DNA of 28,302 bases from an uncultured Phycisphaerales bacterium (lineage in GTDB: Bacteria; Planctomycetota; Phycisphaerae; Phycisphaerales; SM1A02). The DNA lies in assembly GCA_938084645.1 (NCBI GenBank), contig CALKEP010000023.1, positions 1 to 28,302 of the forward strand, in the 5' to 3' direction. The stretch's first letter is position 1. The number at the start of each line of letters is the position of its first letter. The position numbers were made by a program, and so were the translations under genes. Below are positions 1 through 8,809 of the stretch, one piece after another. The notes under the pieces are model-generated. The model was not told the DNA's origin. It ran no database searches and saw nothing but the letters and a program-made list of their open reading frames with translations.

Positions 1-593
1 AAGCCGTTCGACGTGCGAAGCGGCCCCAGCGCGTTGTCGAAGTCGTAGCCATCGCGTTCGGCTTCGAGCCAGGGATCGACGAGCGGATCGGCGGAGGTGG
101 ACTGGTACAAGGGGATGTCGCCGAAGTGCATGCGATATCCGTCGTCGAACCAGACGTTCACGCCGTCGTCGCTTGCGACCGTCGCCGCCGCGCCGGCCAG
201 TTCGGGTGGGTCCACCGACGCGGTCGTCACCCCGAGCTCGATCGTCGTCTTCCCGTCCACGATGCTCGAGAGTCCGATCGACGCCGTCCCCGACGCGGCG
301 TTCCCCGTTGGATTCGATCGCCGAGTCCAGGCGCGAAGCCGATACGTCTCGCCCGCGTTCAGCGTCCGGGTGATCGATGCCGAAGCGGATCCATCCGCAT
401 CGACTCCGAGACAGGCGCTCCCTTCGGGTACGGCGACCGATTCGTCCTCGACGATTCGACCGCCCGACCAGCCGACGCCGCCCGATTCGAAACCGGGGTC
501 AGGCACCGCGACCTCCTGGCCCGCGTTCGCGAGCGTGCCGATCGACAGGGAGAGGGTGATGGCGTACCGAGCGGGCAGGCGCGGATCCGGCAT
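1..593 (-). CDS. Secreted protein with a CBM4/9-like N-terminal module; partial, runs off the window start
   Basis: Not in the ORF track because it has no stop in the window. ATG at 593 with GGAG upstream; reads MPDPRLPARYAITLSLSIGTLANAGQEVAVPDPGFESGGVGWSGG...LNAGETYRLRAWTR. It has a signal-peptide-like N-terminus and DPGFE / GxTYxLxAW patterns typical of carbohydrate-binding jelly-roll modules; the frame is open to the window edge. Confidence 0.65.
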   Translation of the reverse strand, partial: MPDPRLPARYAITLSLSIGTLANAGQEVAVPDPGFESGGVGWSGGRIVEDESVAVPEGSACLGVDADGSASASITRTLNAGETYRLRAWTRRSNPTGNAASGTASIGLSSIVDGKTTIELGVTTASVDPPELAGAAATVASDDGVNVWFDDGYRMHFGDIPLYQSTSADPLVDPWLEAERDGYDFDNALGPLRTSNG

Positions 594-685
594 GGGAGGG
601 GGTCTCCGTACAGCGTGAACCCCGGCGGGCGACATCGCCACCGCATCGATACGAAGGCCGAGGCGACCGGTTCGGCACCGACGGA

Positions 686-715
686 GAAAACCCCGGGAAC
701 CCGGCTCCGGGTCCC
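686..715 (-). terminator. Possible intrinsic terminator after the Gfo/Idh/MocA gene
   Basis: Minus strand GGGACCCG-gagc-CGGGTTCC hairpin (one G-U pair) followed by CGGGGTTTT. Confidence 0.4.
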
Positions 716-755
716 GTCGTTCGGGATGCGGGGGCTCGGGAACCGCCGTCCTCGT

Positions 756-2138
756 TCAGCCGATCCGCGGCGGCGCGAAGCCCGTCCGGTACTGCCGGCC
801 CACGATCGTGCGGGTCGCTTCCTCGTGGTTGGTGAAGGAATTGGTCGCCCGATCCCAGGCCAGCTCGACATTCGGAAATCGAGCGGCCTTCGCCGCCAGA
901 AGCGCGGGCTCGGTGATCCGCACGCCGTCCTTGAACGGTGTCCAGAGCTTGGTGTCCCTGCCCACGACGTTGTCGACCCACGCATGCCAGTGGTTGAGGG
1001 GGGGGAACTCGGGCAGGCCGGGCATCTCCAGTCCCGGGGTCATCACGCCGTCGCGCCAGATCTCGAGATCGCCGCCGGCGGTCAGTGCCAGTACGCCGCC
1101 TTCGCACTGCACCACCGTCATGTTCGAGTCCTTCCAGTCACCGGGCGGAAGACCGAGGGCGGCCCTGGAGACGGTCTGTCCCGAGTCCGCGTAATGGAGT
1201 GGAAAGAACGCGTTCGCGAAGCGGGGGGAGTCGACCTCGTAGGTGACGGTCGAAAGGCACGGGTGGGTGTGGAACGTCTCGGACGGCCGGGGCGCATGGG
1301 TCTTCACGGCGATCGGCGACTGGAGTTCGTCGAAGCCGTAGAAGATCACGTCCAGCACGTGGACGCCCCAGTCGCCGAGTCCGCCGGTGCCGTAGTCCCA
1401 CCAGGATCGCCACTTCACGGGCAGCATTTCATTCCGGTAGGGGACCGCTGCGCAGGGGCCGAGCCAGAGGTCGTAGTCGATGTGGGCCGGACATTCGGCT
1501 GGTTCATGGAGCACGCGGTCGTAGTTGAAGTACGCGCCGGGGTTCGGAGAACCGGTCCATGCGTGGGCGGCGACCGCCGGCCCCAGCACGCCCGACCGGA
1601 GGATCTCGACCGCGGCTCGGCGTCCGGGATAGTCCATCCGCTGGTTGCCGACCTGGGTGACCAGCTCGGGATGGACATCCATCGCGCCGTCGATCATCGA
1701 GAGCTCTTCGAGCTGATGGACCAGCGGCTTCTGGCCGTAGACGTGCTTTCCGTTCGCCAGGGCGGTCAGCATGATCGGTCCGTGCGTGTGATCGGGGGTG
1801 GAGACGATCACCGCATCGAAGCGATCGCCGTATCGATCGAACGCCTCGCGGTAGTCCTTGCAGGTGAACGCGTCGGGGTGTCGTACGGCGGCCTTTTCGA
1901 TCGCCTGCTCGTCGACGTCGCACAGGCCGACGATCTCGACGGCCGGATGCATGCCGACCTGCTTCCGATCGACGCTTCCGATCGTTCCGACGACACCGAT
2001 GCTCAGCACGTTCAGTCGCTCGTTCGCCGACCAGCGGCGGCCTCCGGGATCGGCGGCGGCGTGGCCGGCCGTCTTGAAGAGGATGGCCGCCGCGGCGGAT
2101 CGCTGGATGAAGTCACGTCGTGGCATCTGCTTGGTCAT
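756..2138 (-). CDS. Gfo/Idh/MocA family NAD(P)-dependent oxidoreductase with Tat signal peptide
   Basis: Start chosen at MTKQMPRRDFIQRSAAAA (twin-arginine RRDF). Motifs LCDVD, DAVIVSTPDHTH, GKHVYGQKPL, TQVGNQR, WRSWWDYGTGGLGDWGVHVLD. Confidence 0.92.
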   Translation of the reverse strand: MTKQMPRRDFIQRSAAAAILFKTAGHAAADPGGRRWSANERLNVLSIGVVGTIGSVDRKQVGMHPAVEIVGLCDVDEQAIEKAAVRHPDAFTCKDYREAFDRYGDRFDAVIVSTPDHTHGPIMLTALANGKHVYGQKPLVHQLEELSMIDGAMDVHPELVTQVGNQRMDYPGRRAAVEILRSGVLGPAVAAHAWTGSPNPGAYFNYDRVLHEPAECPAHIDYDLWLGPCAAVPYRNEMLPVKWRSWWDYGTGGLGDWGVHVLDVIFYGFDELQSPIAVKTHAPRPSETFHTHPCLSTVTYEVDSPRFANAFFPLHYADSGQTVSRAALGLPPGDWKDSNMTVVQCEGGVLALTAGGDLEIWRDGVMTPGLEMPGLPEFPPLNHWHAWVDNVVGRDTKLWTPFKDGVRITEPALLAAKAARFPNVELAWDRATNSFTNHEEATRTIVGRQYRTGFAPPRIG

Positions 2139-2467
2139 GCTCGGGGCTCCGCTCGGGTCTTCAGTTCGTCTGTCGCTCGCCATCCGCTCGCGATCGCCGG
2201 TCGTGACGGCGGGTCGGCCATCGCCGTGTCGACCCGGCCAGTCTATGCCAACAAGCGAGCGGTCCGGCTGCGGCTCGATCGCCGAGGGTCCGATTCGACG
2301 TCGATCGGGTGGTGATTCGATGTGAAGTCGCGATCGATGGGGGACACGGCGGCGAGTGTGAAGATGTTCGTGGCGGTCGCGTGGCGTTTGCACGCTTCGA
2401 CGCTCGGAGCTCCCGTCCGCTCCCTTTCCGATCGTCGCTGATCCACGACCCTCGCCGAACACGCATG

Positions 2468-2502
2468 AAGACGCCCCCGGAGCGGTGCTCCGGGGGCGTC
2501 TT
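2468..2502 (-). terminator. Stem-loop immediately downstream of tRNA-Val
   Basis: Perfect 16-bp inverted repeat AAGACGCCCCCGGAGC-ggt-GCTCCGGGGGCGTCTT, 5 nt beyond the tRNA 3' end; the U-tract is short. Confidence 0.75.
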
Positions 2503-2507
2503 GAGAG

Positions 2508-2581
2508 TGGGCGATAAAGGACTCGAACCTTCGACCTCTGCCATGTGACGGCAGCGCTCTAGCCAGCTGAGCTAATCGCCC
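2508..2581 (-). tRNA. tRNA-Val (anticodon CAC), CCA not encoded
   Basis: Minus strand folds as GGGCGAT/ATCGCCC acceptor, GCTC/GAGC D-stem, CTGCC-GT CAC AT-GGCAG anticodon arm, GAAGG-TTCGAGT-CCTTT T-arm, discriminator A. Confidence 0.96.
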
Positions 2582-2609
2582 CGAAGTCGCCGTTTCCGGC
2601 GGGCCGCCG

Positions 2610-2637
2610 AGTATAGCGACCGGAAGGATCGCGCCAA
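2610..2637 (-). promoter_or_regulatory. Sigma70-type promoter for tRNA-Val
   Basis: Minus strand TTGGCG (2637-2632), 16-nt spacer, TATACT (2615-2610), then the GC-rich discriminator CGGCGGCCC typical of stable-RNA promoters. Confidence 0.6.
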
Positions 2638-2648
2638 GGAATTCGAGT

Positions 2649-4094
2649 TCAGGAGGCGGGGAGGATCGCCTCGCGAAGCCATTCCTCGATCCGCAGGGCG
2701 GCTTCGGCCCGGGCGGCGCCCGGGGCACGATTGCTCCGCGGAATCGACAAGGTGCTCCAGGCGGCCGTGCCGCGAGCCCGTCGCCGCAGTTCGGGCCACG
2801 TCGAGCCGGCCTTCCCTTCACCTGAGATGCCGCCATCCCGAAGGCCGTCTTCGATGGCGGTCTCGAGCGAGACCGGCTCGATGGCGGCGTGGCCACGGGC
2901 GAGGAACGCGAGGATCGTCGCCCGGGCGCGGATCGCGAGGACGTCGATCCCCGAATCCCCGAGCCGCACTTCGTCCTGGCCGCGGAGCCGCCTCAGCATC
3001 TTGCCGCCGCTCGCCCCCACGGCGCCGAGCGCGGCGCCGGCGGCCCCGAGTGCGGTGAATCCACCCATCGAGATTCCGCCGGTCGCGAGGTCGATCATCG
3101 CCCCGGCGGCGACAAGGCCGGCGCCGCCGCCTGCGGCCCAGATGCCGGCGCGTTCGAGGCTCGCGGGACTGGCGAAGTCGACGCCACCCAGTGCTTCGAT
3201 GATCTCGAGGTTCGCGGCCTCCGCTTCCTCGCCGGTGAAGCCGAAACAGCCCGCGATTCGATCTCGAGCCTCGATCTCCCTCGTCCGAAGCTCATCGAGG
3301 AGGCCGGCCGTGGCTGCATCGAACGCCGCGGCCCTCACCGTTTCGTCTCGTGGCCCGGGATCGGTGACCCGGACCGCGGCGGCGGCATCGACGATCAGAT
3401 CGGCGGCGGCGGCCGACGCCGCGGTCACCGAGTCGATGCGTTCGCGACGTCGAAGTTCGATCCAGCGGTCGATCGACTCCGCGTGCTCGGGCGCGAGGGT
3501 GCGGACGGCATCGAGCAGGCGGCGTTCGCCCGCGTCGTCGTACACGATCGCGTCGAACGCGACCGTGGCGTGAAGCCCCTGGCGGGCACACGCCTCGCGC
3601 CACCGGGCGGCGTCGGCCTCGGGTCGGGCGACGAAGTTGAGAATCGGAACCACGGGACGGGCGGTCGCGATCAGTGAATGCAGTTCGTCGAGGTGTCGCG
3701 GTCTCGGTTCCTCCCGGGCGTCGATGACGTAGAGGAGCACCGATGCCTCCGTGGTGGCACGGAGCGCTTCGGCCTCGAGCGCGAGTTCACCGTCGGGACC
3801 GGCGTCGCTCGAATCGAGGAATCGGTCGAGCAGGGTGCGAGGATCGTCGTGCCGTTCGACCCTCGTGCCTTCGATCGCGTCACGAAGTCGCGCCGAGTCC
3901 TCGAGGCCCGGCGTGTCCACGACCGCCGCCACCGGCCCCTGCTCGTCCGCGATCTCGCCGACCTCGTTCACACGGGTGGTGCCACCGCGTGGACTCACCA
4001 GTCCGAAGTCGCGTCGACGCAGCAGGGTCTGCAGCAGTGACGTCTTGCCGGTGTTCGCGTGGCCCACCACCGCGATGCGAAGCGAGGTGGTCAT
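2649..4094 (-). CDS. GTPase / DUF3482 domain-containing protein
   Basis: Start at MTTSLRIAVVGHANTGKTS (G1), GTT (G2), DTPG (G3), LYVIDAR, PILNFV (G4-like); C-terminal Gly/Ala hydrophobic hairpin ending in RGHA. The ATG overlaps the upstream stop (ATGA at 4094-4091). Confidence 0.85.
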   Translation of the reverse strand: MTTSLRIAVVGHANTGKTSLLQTLLRRRDFGLVSPRGGTTRVNEVGEIADEQGPVAAVVDTPGLEDSARLRDAIEGTRVERHDDPRTLLDRFLDSSDAGPDGELALEAEALRATTEASVLLYVIDAREEPRPRHLDELHSLIATARPVVPILNFVARPEADAARWREACARQGLHATVAFDAIVYDDAGERRLLDAVRTLAPEHAESIDRWIELRRRERIDSVTAASAAAADLIVDAAAAVRVTDPGPRDETVRAAAFDAATAGLLDELRTREIEARDRIAGCFGFTGEEAEAANLEIIEALGGVDFASPASLERAGIWAAGGGAGLVAAGAMIDLATGGISMGGFTALGAAGAALGAVGASGGKMLRRLRGQDEVRLGDSGIDVLAIRARATILAFLARGHAAIEPVSLETAIEDGLRDGGISGEGKAGSTWPELRRRARGTAAWSTLSIPRSNRAPGAARAEAALRIEEWLREAILPAS

Positions 4095-6166
4095 GGCATC
4101 GACTCCATGCAGGCCGCGATCCGGCCACGCGCGGCGGCGAGCCATCGACGTGCATCGTCGGCGTCGGCGAGTTCCGGCCGGTGCTCTTCGGGGGCAAGGG
4201 CCTCCAACATCGCGGTGGTCCGGGACTCGTCTCCACCCTGTGACCACCAGAGCACGGCGGCGGCGGAGAGGGTGAGGACCGCGGACCCGAGGTCCATTCT
4301 GGCCGAAGCGTCCGCGGAACTCGATGAATCGGTCGCATCCGCGCCACGGCGAACGAGCGAGACGAGTCCGGCGATGCCGGCGCCCGTTCCGGCCCACGCG
4401 GGTACGGCCAGGAGCGCGGCGGGGGCGACCACGGCCGCCGCGGCGCACGCCGCGACGCCGAGCATGCCCCCCACGCCGACCCAGGCCGCGCTGGTCCGCA
4501 GGCGTGCAGGAAGCTGGTCGAGGCCGATCGTCCGGATCGCCTCGAGACGTTCCGGAATCGAAGCGGCGTCGAGTTCCGCGAGCCCCGCGAGCCGATCCCG
4601 CCACCGGGATTCATCGCCGGTGCCTCGTCCCAGCTCGGCCGCGAGTTCGGTCATGCATTGCGCCGTCGCCGCATCATCGGGAAGGGCGGGCTCGCGCTCG
4701 AGGTGGCGTCCGACGATCGCGAACGCACCATCGAGTTCCGTGATGGAAAGGATGGTGGGATCGGTCGCTTCGGCCGCGCGGACACTTGGGCTTCCGGCGA
4801 TCGCCTCGTTCAGGGTCGTCAGACTCCGCGTGGTGCTCTCCTCGAGATCGCATTCGAGGAGATCGAGCCCGAGTTCGCGGGCCAGTCCTCGCCAGTCCTC
4901 GAGTCGAACGGCCACGGATGCGGATGACTCGGCGCGGCGGAGTCGGTTCCCGCCATCGAGGATGAGCAGTGGTGACGCCGACGACATTTCGCCGAGTCGC
5001 GCAAGTCGGCGGCGCACCCCGCGGTCGGGGGTGGCGGGCGACCACGCAATGATCACCAATCGGCCCGGCACATCGTCGGTGAGGGCGTCGTCGTCGTGCG
5101 CGTCGTCGTCTCCGAGGTCCTCCAGGTCGGCGAGCACCTCCGGGAGTGGAGACGCGTCCGCCGGTCGTTCGACGCGTATCAGGTGGGTGCAACCGGTCGC
5201 GTCGACGCGAGTCGGGTCCGCGGCGCTCGTCGGCGTCGGGGTGCGGGGTGCCCGCCGGATCGTCGTCGCCGTGGTTCCCGGTGGCCGCCATCGATCCGCG
5301 CGACGATGACCCAACGCCGCGTTGAGGATGGTCCAGGCGAGCATCGGGATCAGGAGATAGACGCTGATTCCGATCGAGAGGAAGGTGATCCAGCTTCGGC
5401 GAGCCTGCAAGGCCGCGGCGTCGTCTGCAGGAGCGACCGGTGGGGCGGCGACCGGCTCGAGATCGGGCAGGTCGACGATCACTTGGATGGGTGCTGCCGT
5501 GATCTCGACCACCGCCTCGCCGATCTCGGGGGGCAGCCACGAACTCTCCCAGCCGAACCCGTACGCGACTCGGGCGGTCGCGAACCAGATCGCGAGAATC
5601 GCGGCGAGCGCGTAGGCCGTCCAGAAGGTGCCCGTCCCGGCCGTCGCGAGCGGTCTACCAGCGCCGTGCGCGAGCATCTCGCCGATCCGGCGGGCGACGG
5701 CACGGGCGAGGGTCTCGTGTCCTCCGCCGACGAACCGAAGCAGTCCGGCCGGGACGAGGCGGCCGAGCCAGGGCGTCACGCGACGGCGCAACGCCAGCAG
5801 GATCAGGGCCCTCGTGAGAAAGAGGCACCAGGGGACGCCCACGATGATCGCGAGCATCGCGGGGGCATGGACGCGGGATTCCGCGGGATCGAGGAGTCCG
5901 CCGGCGGCGGTCCATCCCGCGATCACGCCTGCGAGTGCGAGCGCTGAGAAGGCCAGGCTTGCGCCGAGCACGCCACGATCGACGAGTCGACGGGCATCCG
6001 CGACCGCGTCGACATCGTCCGCCCGTCCGACGTCGTCGGCGGCGATCGCCGCGACGTGACTTCGCCAGTCACGTGATTCGGCTCGGATGGCGGGCGTGGT
6101 GGATCGGCTCACGTGATGCTTCCGGATCTCGAAGGAGGCGGGATCGGGGGCGTGTGATCGACGCAT
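4091..6166 (-). CDS. DUF2868-type integral membrane protein with long C-terminal extension (start codon uncertain)
   Basis: About four N-terminal TM segments, YGFGWESSWL motif, later IAWSPATPDRG and RLEDW motifs resembling DUF2868 proteins; translationally coupled to the GTPase, a known pairing. Confidence 0.72.
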   Translation of the reverse strand: MRRSHAPDPASFEIRKHHVSRSTTPAIRAESRDWRSHVAAIAADDVGRADDVDAVADARRLVDRGVLGASLAFSALALAGVIAGWTAAGGLLDPAESRVHAPAMLAIIVGVPWCLFLTRALILLALRRRVTPWLGRLVPAGLLRFVGGGHETLARAVARRIGEMLAHGAGRPLATAGTGTFWTAYALAAILAIWFATARVAYGFGWESSWLPPEIGEAVVEITAAPIQVIVDLPDLEPVAAPPVAPADDAAALQARRSWITFLSIGISVYLLIPMLAWTILNAALGHRRADRWRPPGTTATTIRRAPRTPTPTSAADPTRVDATGCTHLIRVERPADASPLPEVLADLEDLGDDDAHDDDALTDDVPGRLVIIAWSPATPDRGVRRRLARLGEMSSASPLLILDGGNRLRRAESSASVAVRLEDWRGLARELGLDLLECDLEESTTRSLTTLNEAIAGSPSVRAAEATDPTILSITELDGAFAIVGRHLEREPALPDDAATAQCMTELAAELGRGTGDESRWRDRLAGLAELDAASIPERLEAIRTIGLDQLPARLRTSAAWVGVGGMLGVAACAAAAVVAPAALLAVPAWAGTGAGIAGLVSLVRRGADATDSSSSADASARMDLGSAVLTLSAAAVLWWSQGGDESRTTAMLEALAPEEHRPELADADDARRWLAAARGRIAACMESMP

Positions 6167-6186
6167 GGTTCGCCGGGGGAACGAAG

Positions 6187-6214
6187 ACGCCGCCGCGAGG
6201 AGTCGCGACGGCGT
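6187..6214 (-). terminator. Hairpin downstream of tatA (weak terminator or mRNA stabiliser)
   Basis: Minus strand ACGCCGTCGCGA-ctcc-TCGCGGCGGCGT (12 bp, one G-U pair) followed by CTTCGTT. Confidence 0.45.
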
Positions 6215-6259
6215 GGTCCGGTTCGGCGATCCGCTCGGATCGACGTCTCGATGACGGCG

Positions 6260-6586
6260 TCAGTCGGACTTCTCACCGGTCGAGGATTCGGTCTGGTAGG
6301 GGCTCTTCTCGCCACCGGTCTTCGGATCGTGATGACCCGAGTAGTTGTTGGACTGGTCGAGCTGGGCGGGCGACGATCCACCGCGTTCGGACTCCGACTC
6401 GATCTCCTCGCCGATTCCCTTGATGCCTCGCTTGAACTCCACGATGCTGGAGCCGAGTGAACGTCCGATCTCGGGCAGCCGTCGACCGAACACCAGCAGG
6501 CCGATGACGAGGACGACGGCCATCTCCCAGCCGCCGGGCATGCCGAACAGACCGAGGACGAGATGGGATGGGCTCGAGGCTGGCAT
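6260..6586 (-). CDS. tatA: Twin-arginine translocase subunit TatA/E
   Basis: GMPGGWEMAVVLVIGLLVFGRRLPEIGRSLGSSIVEFKRGI: TM helix, FG hinge and amphipathic helix. GGAG precedes ATG 6586; TACAAT -10 at 6636-6631. Confidence 0.93.
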   Translation of the reverse strand: MPASSPSHLVLGLFGMPGGWEMAVVLVIGLLVFGRRLPEIGRSLGSSIVEFKRGIKGIGEEIESESERGGSSPAQLDQSNNYSGHHDPKTGGEKSPYQTESSTGEKSD

Positions 6587-6763
6587 GGGTGACTCCGGCA
6601 CGGGGGCGGTGAGAACTCGATCGACCTTCGATTGTACCCCAGCCGACCCGGTCGACGCACGGGGCGTTTCGTCGAACATGACGATGCAACCCGCATTCCA
6701 AGGCGTTGGGAGCCGGGGACCGCCGATATTCGGACGCTCCACTGGACGCGGGTGTCCGTCGCG

Positions 6764-7462
6764 TCAGGAGAGTTCGGGATGTCGGGGGCGCGGGATCCCC
6801 TCGAGCGGACCGCCACGACCGATGCGGGTGAGCCGATTCCACGGGTTTTCGGCGCGAATCAGGGCGTCGACGATCGCGGTGGTGGTCGAAGACGCGACCA
6901 GATCCAGGCCGTGCGACGAGAGTCCGTGGCCATCCGCGGCAAGGTGGTCGGAGCCCTCCGCTCGCCGGTCGATGGCCCGATCCCAGCGGTCGACGAGGAC
7001 GTCGCGTCTCTGGCCGACCTCCCGGATCACCACGTTCAACCGGTCGACGTCGTCGTCGCGAATCTCCTCCTGAAGATCGTCACGCACCGGAGCAAGCGTC
7101 GAAAGGACCACGTCGGTGTCCGCGGACTGCTTGGCGGCGTCGATGATGCGATTGAGATCACGCCGAATGTCCGCCAGTCGACGCGCGGGATGACTGATCC
7201 CATCGGGCTCGAGGGTCCTTCGGAGGTCGTCGCGGCCCACGGCGACGTGGGCGACGTGGGGCCGGAAGGTCTGAAGGAGTTCGCTCATCGCATCGGCGAC
7301 CGCTTCGAATCCCGGGAAGGGGCGATCGCAGCCGACGACCGCCGGTCGAAAGGGGACGTCGGCGGCCTCGAGCCGATCGACGATGCGCATCCGCATCGAA
7401 CGGCCGATCTCGTCGCCGATCAGGAGCACCAGTCGCTGGTCTTCGGTTCGCTCGGAAGTCAC
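6764..7462 (-). CDS. SGNH/GDSL hydrolase-fold protein with degenerate catalytic motifs
   Basis: LVLLIGDEI (block I-like), VAVGRDD (block III-like), VVLSTLAPV, RLNVVIREVG, LVDRW, DGHGLSSHG (block V-like). GTG start 6 nt after TACAAT. Confidence 0.65.
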   Translation of the reverse strand: MTSERTEDQRLVLLIGDEIGRSMRMRIVDRLEAADVPFRPAVVGCDRPFPGFEAVADAMSELLQTFRPHVAHVAVGRDDLRRTLEPDGISHPARRLADIRRDLNRIIDAAKQSADTDVVLSTLAPVRDDLQEEIRDDDVDRLNVVIREVGQRRDVLVDRWDRAIDRRAEGSDHLAADGHGLSSHGLDLVASSTTTAIVDALIRAENPWNRLTRIGRGGPLEGIPRPRHPELS

Positions 7463-7556
7463 GGGTTGATTGTAGTTGGCGGGGTCCGGGAGTCGAGGGT
7501 TTTCAACCTCACCGCGGATTCAAGACGCGGAACTCCGATTCCGCTACCGTTTCGAC

Positions 7557-8780
7557 ATGTCGATCTCGAAACCCCGGACCGCCTCGCGTCGCTTCCCGAT
7601 CAACCTTTGTCTCGCCGCCACGGTCATCGGACTCGGTGGCATCGGATGCGCCCCCGAGGCGTCGTCGAAGCCCGAGTACGACCGGCCGTTGCCGTCGGGC
7701 GGTCACGCGCTCCGGCCGGTGGCGTCGGGTGCGATGCCGGATCTCGAGAAGGCCTGGCAGCGACGCGACACCGGCCTTCTCGACGCGCTGGATCGCAGCA
7801 TCGGTTGGTTCGAGATGCCGAGCTCGCGACGTCGATACCCCTACGCGACGACCGACGGCGAGATCACGCACGAGGATGCGCAGCGATCGGTCAAGCGATT
7901 TCGCACGATCCTGGAGACCGCCTCGACGTCGGCGGACTTTCGTCGGCAGGTGCTCGACGAGTTCCGGGTCTACGAGTCGGTCGGGTGGAACGGTGGTGGT
8001 TCGGTCCTCTTCACCGGCTACTACGCCCCGGACTTCGATGCGAGTCTCACGCGGACCGATCGATTCGCCCACCCGCTCTACGCCCGTCCGGCAGATCTGA
8101 TCACCGATCCCGTCGACGGAACGCCGATCGGTCGCCGCATGCCGGATCGTTCGATCGAACGATATCCCACTCGAGCGGAGATCATGTCGAGTGGCATGCA
8201 CGCGGGTACCGAGGTGGCGTGGCTCGAATCACCGCTCGACGTGTACGTCGTCCAGGTGAACGGCAGTGCCCGCCTGAATCTTCCCGACGGCGGCGAGATG
8301 TACGTGGGGTACGCGGGCAAGACCGATCGCCGCTACAGCGGCCTCGGGGCGAAGCTGGTCGCCGATGGTCACATCCCGAAGGGCGGGCTCAGCCTCCCCG
8401 CGATCTACGACCTTCATGCCTCCGACCCCGAACTCGTCGAGACGGCGATGCTGGCCAACGAGAACTTCGTCTACTTCCAGCCCTACGACGGTGGTGGCTG
8501 GCCGTCGGGAAGCCTCGGATTCAAGGTGAATGCGAGGGCGACGCTCGCGACCGACAAGGACGTCTATCCCCCGGGTTGCGTCTGCCTCGTGGATACTGAC
8601 GGCGTGACCGTCTCCGGCGTCGAGGCGCCGATCCTTCGGTTCATGGTCGATCAGGACACCGGCGGTGGAATCCGCGCCCCCGGTCGGGCCGACATCTACA
8701 TGGGTGAAGGTGATCTGGCGGAAACGCTCGCGGGTGGACAGTACGCCGAGGGAAGGCTGTACTACCTGTTCCTGCGTTGA
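7557..8780 (+). CDS. mltA: Membrane-bound lytic murein transglycosylase A (MltA + 3D domain), lipoprotein
   Basis: Lipobox-like GIGC after a hydrophobic segment; FTGYYAP, VQVNGSARL, NENFVYF, LATDKDVYPPG, DQDTGGGIRAPGRADIYMGEG. Confidence 0.9.
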   Translation: MSISKPRTASRRFPINLCLAATVIGLGGIGCAPEASSKPEYDRPLPSGGHALRPVASGAMPDLEKAWQRRDTGLLDALDRSIGWFEMPSSRRRYPYATTDGEITHEDAQRSVKRFRTILETASTSADFRRQVLDEFRVYESVGWNGGGSVLFTGYYAPDFDASLTRTDRFAHPLYARPADLITDPVDGTPIGRRMPDRSIERYPTRAEIMSSGMHAGTEVAWLESPLDVYVVQVNGSARLNLPDGGEMYVGYAGKTDRRYSGLGAKLVADGHIPKGGLSLPAIYDLHASDPELVETAMLANENFVYFQPYDGGGWPSGSLGFKVNARATLATDKDVYPPGCVCLVDTDGVTVSGVEAPILRFMVDQDTGGGIRAPGRADIYMGEGDLAETLAGGQYAEGRLYYLFLR

Positions 8781-8809
8781 TGCTTCGCGGGTCGGGCGGC
8801 GAATCGACT

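Noticed and set aside
126..2315. 729-aa plus-strand ORF, and similar long ORFs at 6632-8599, 10409-12277, 16553-18043, 19722-21104 and 25865-27028
   Set aside because: Antisense or off-frame shadows of well-supported genes; stop codons are scarce in GC-rich DNA and the translations have no recognisable motifs.
2139..2467. Long intergenic region as a riboswitch or ncRNA
   Set aside because: No recognisable aptamer consensus or strong structure by eye; an Rfam search would be needed.
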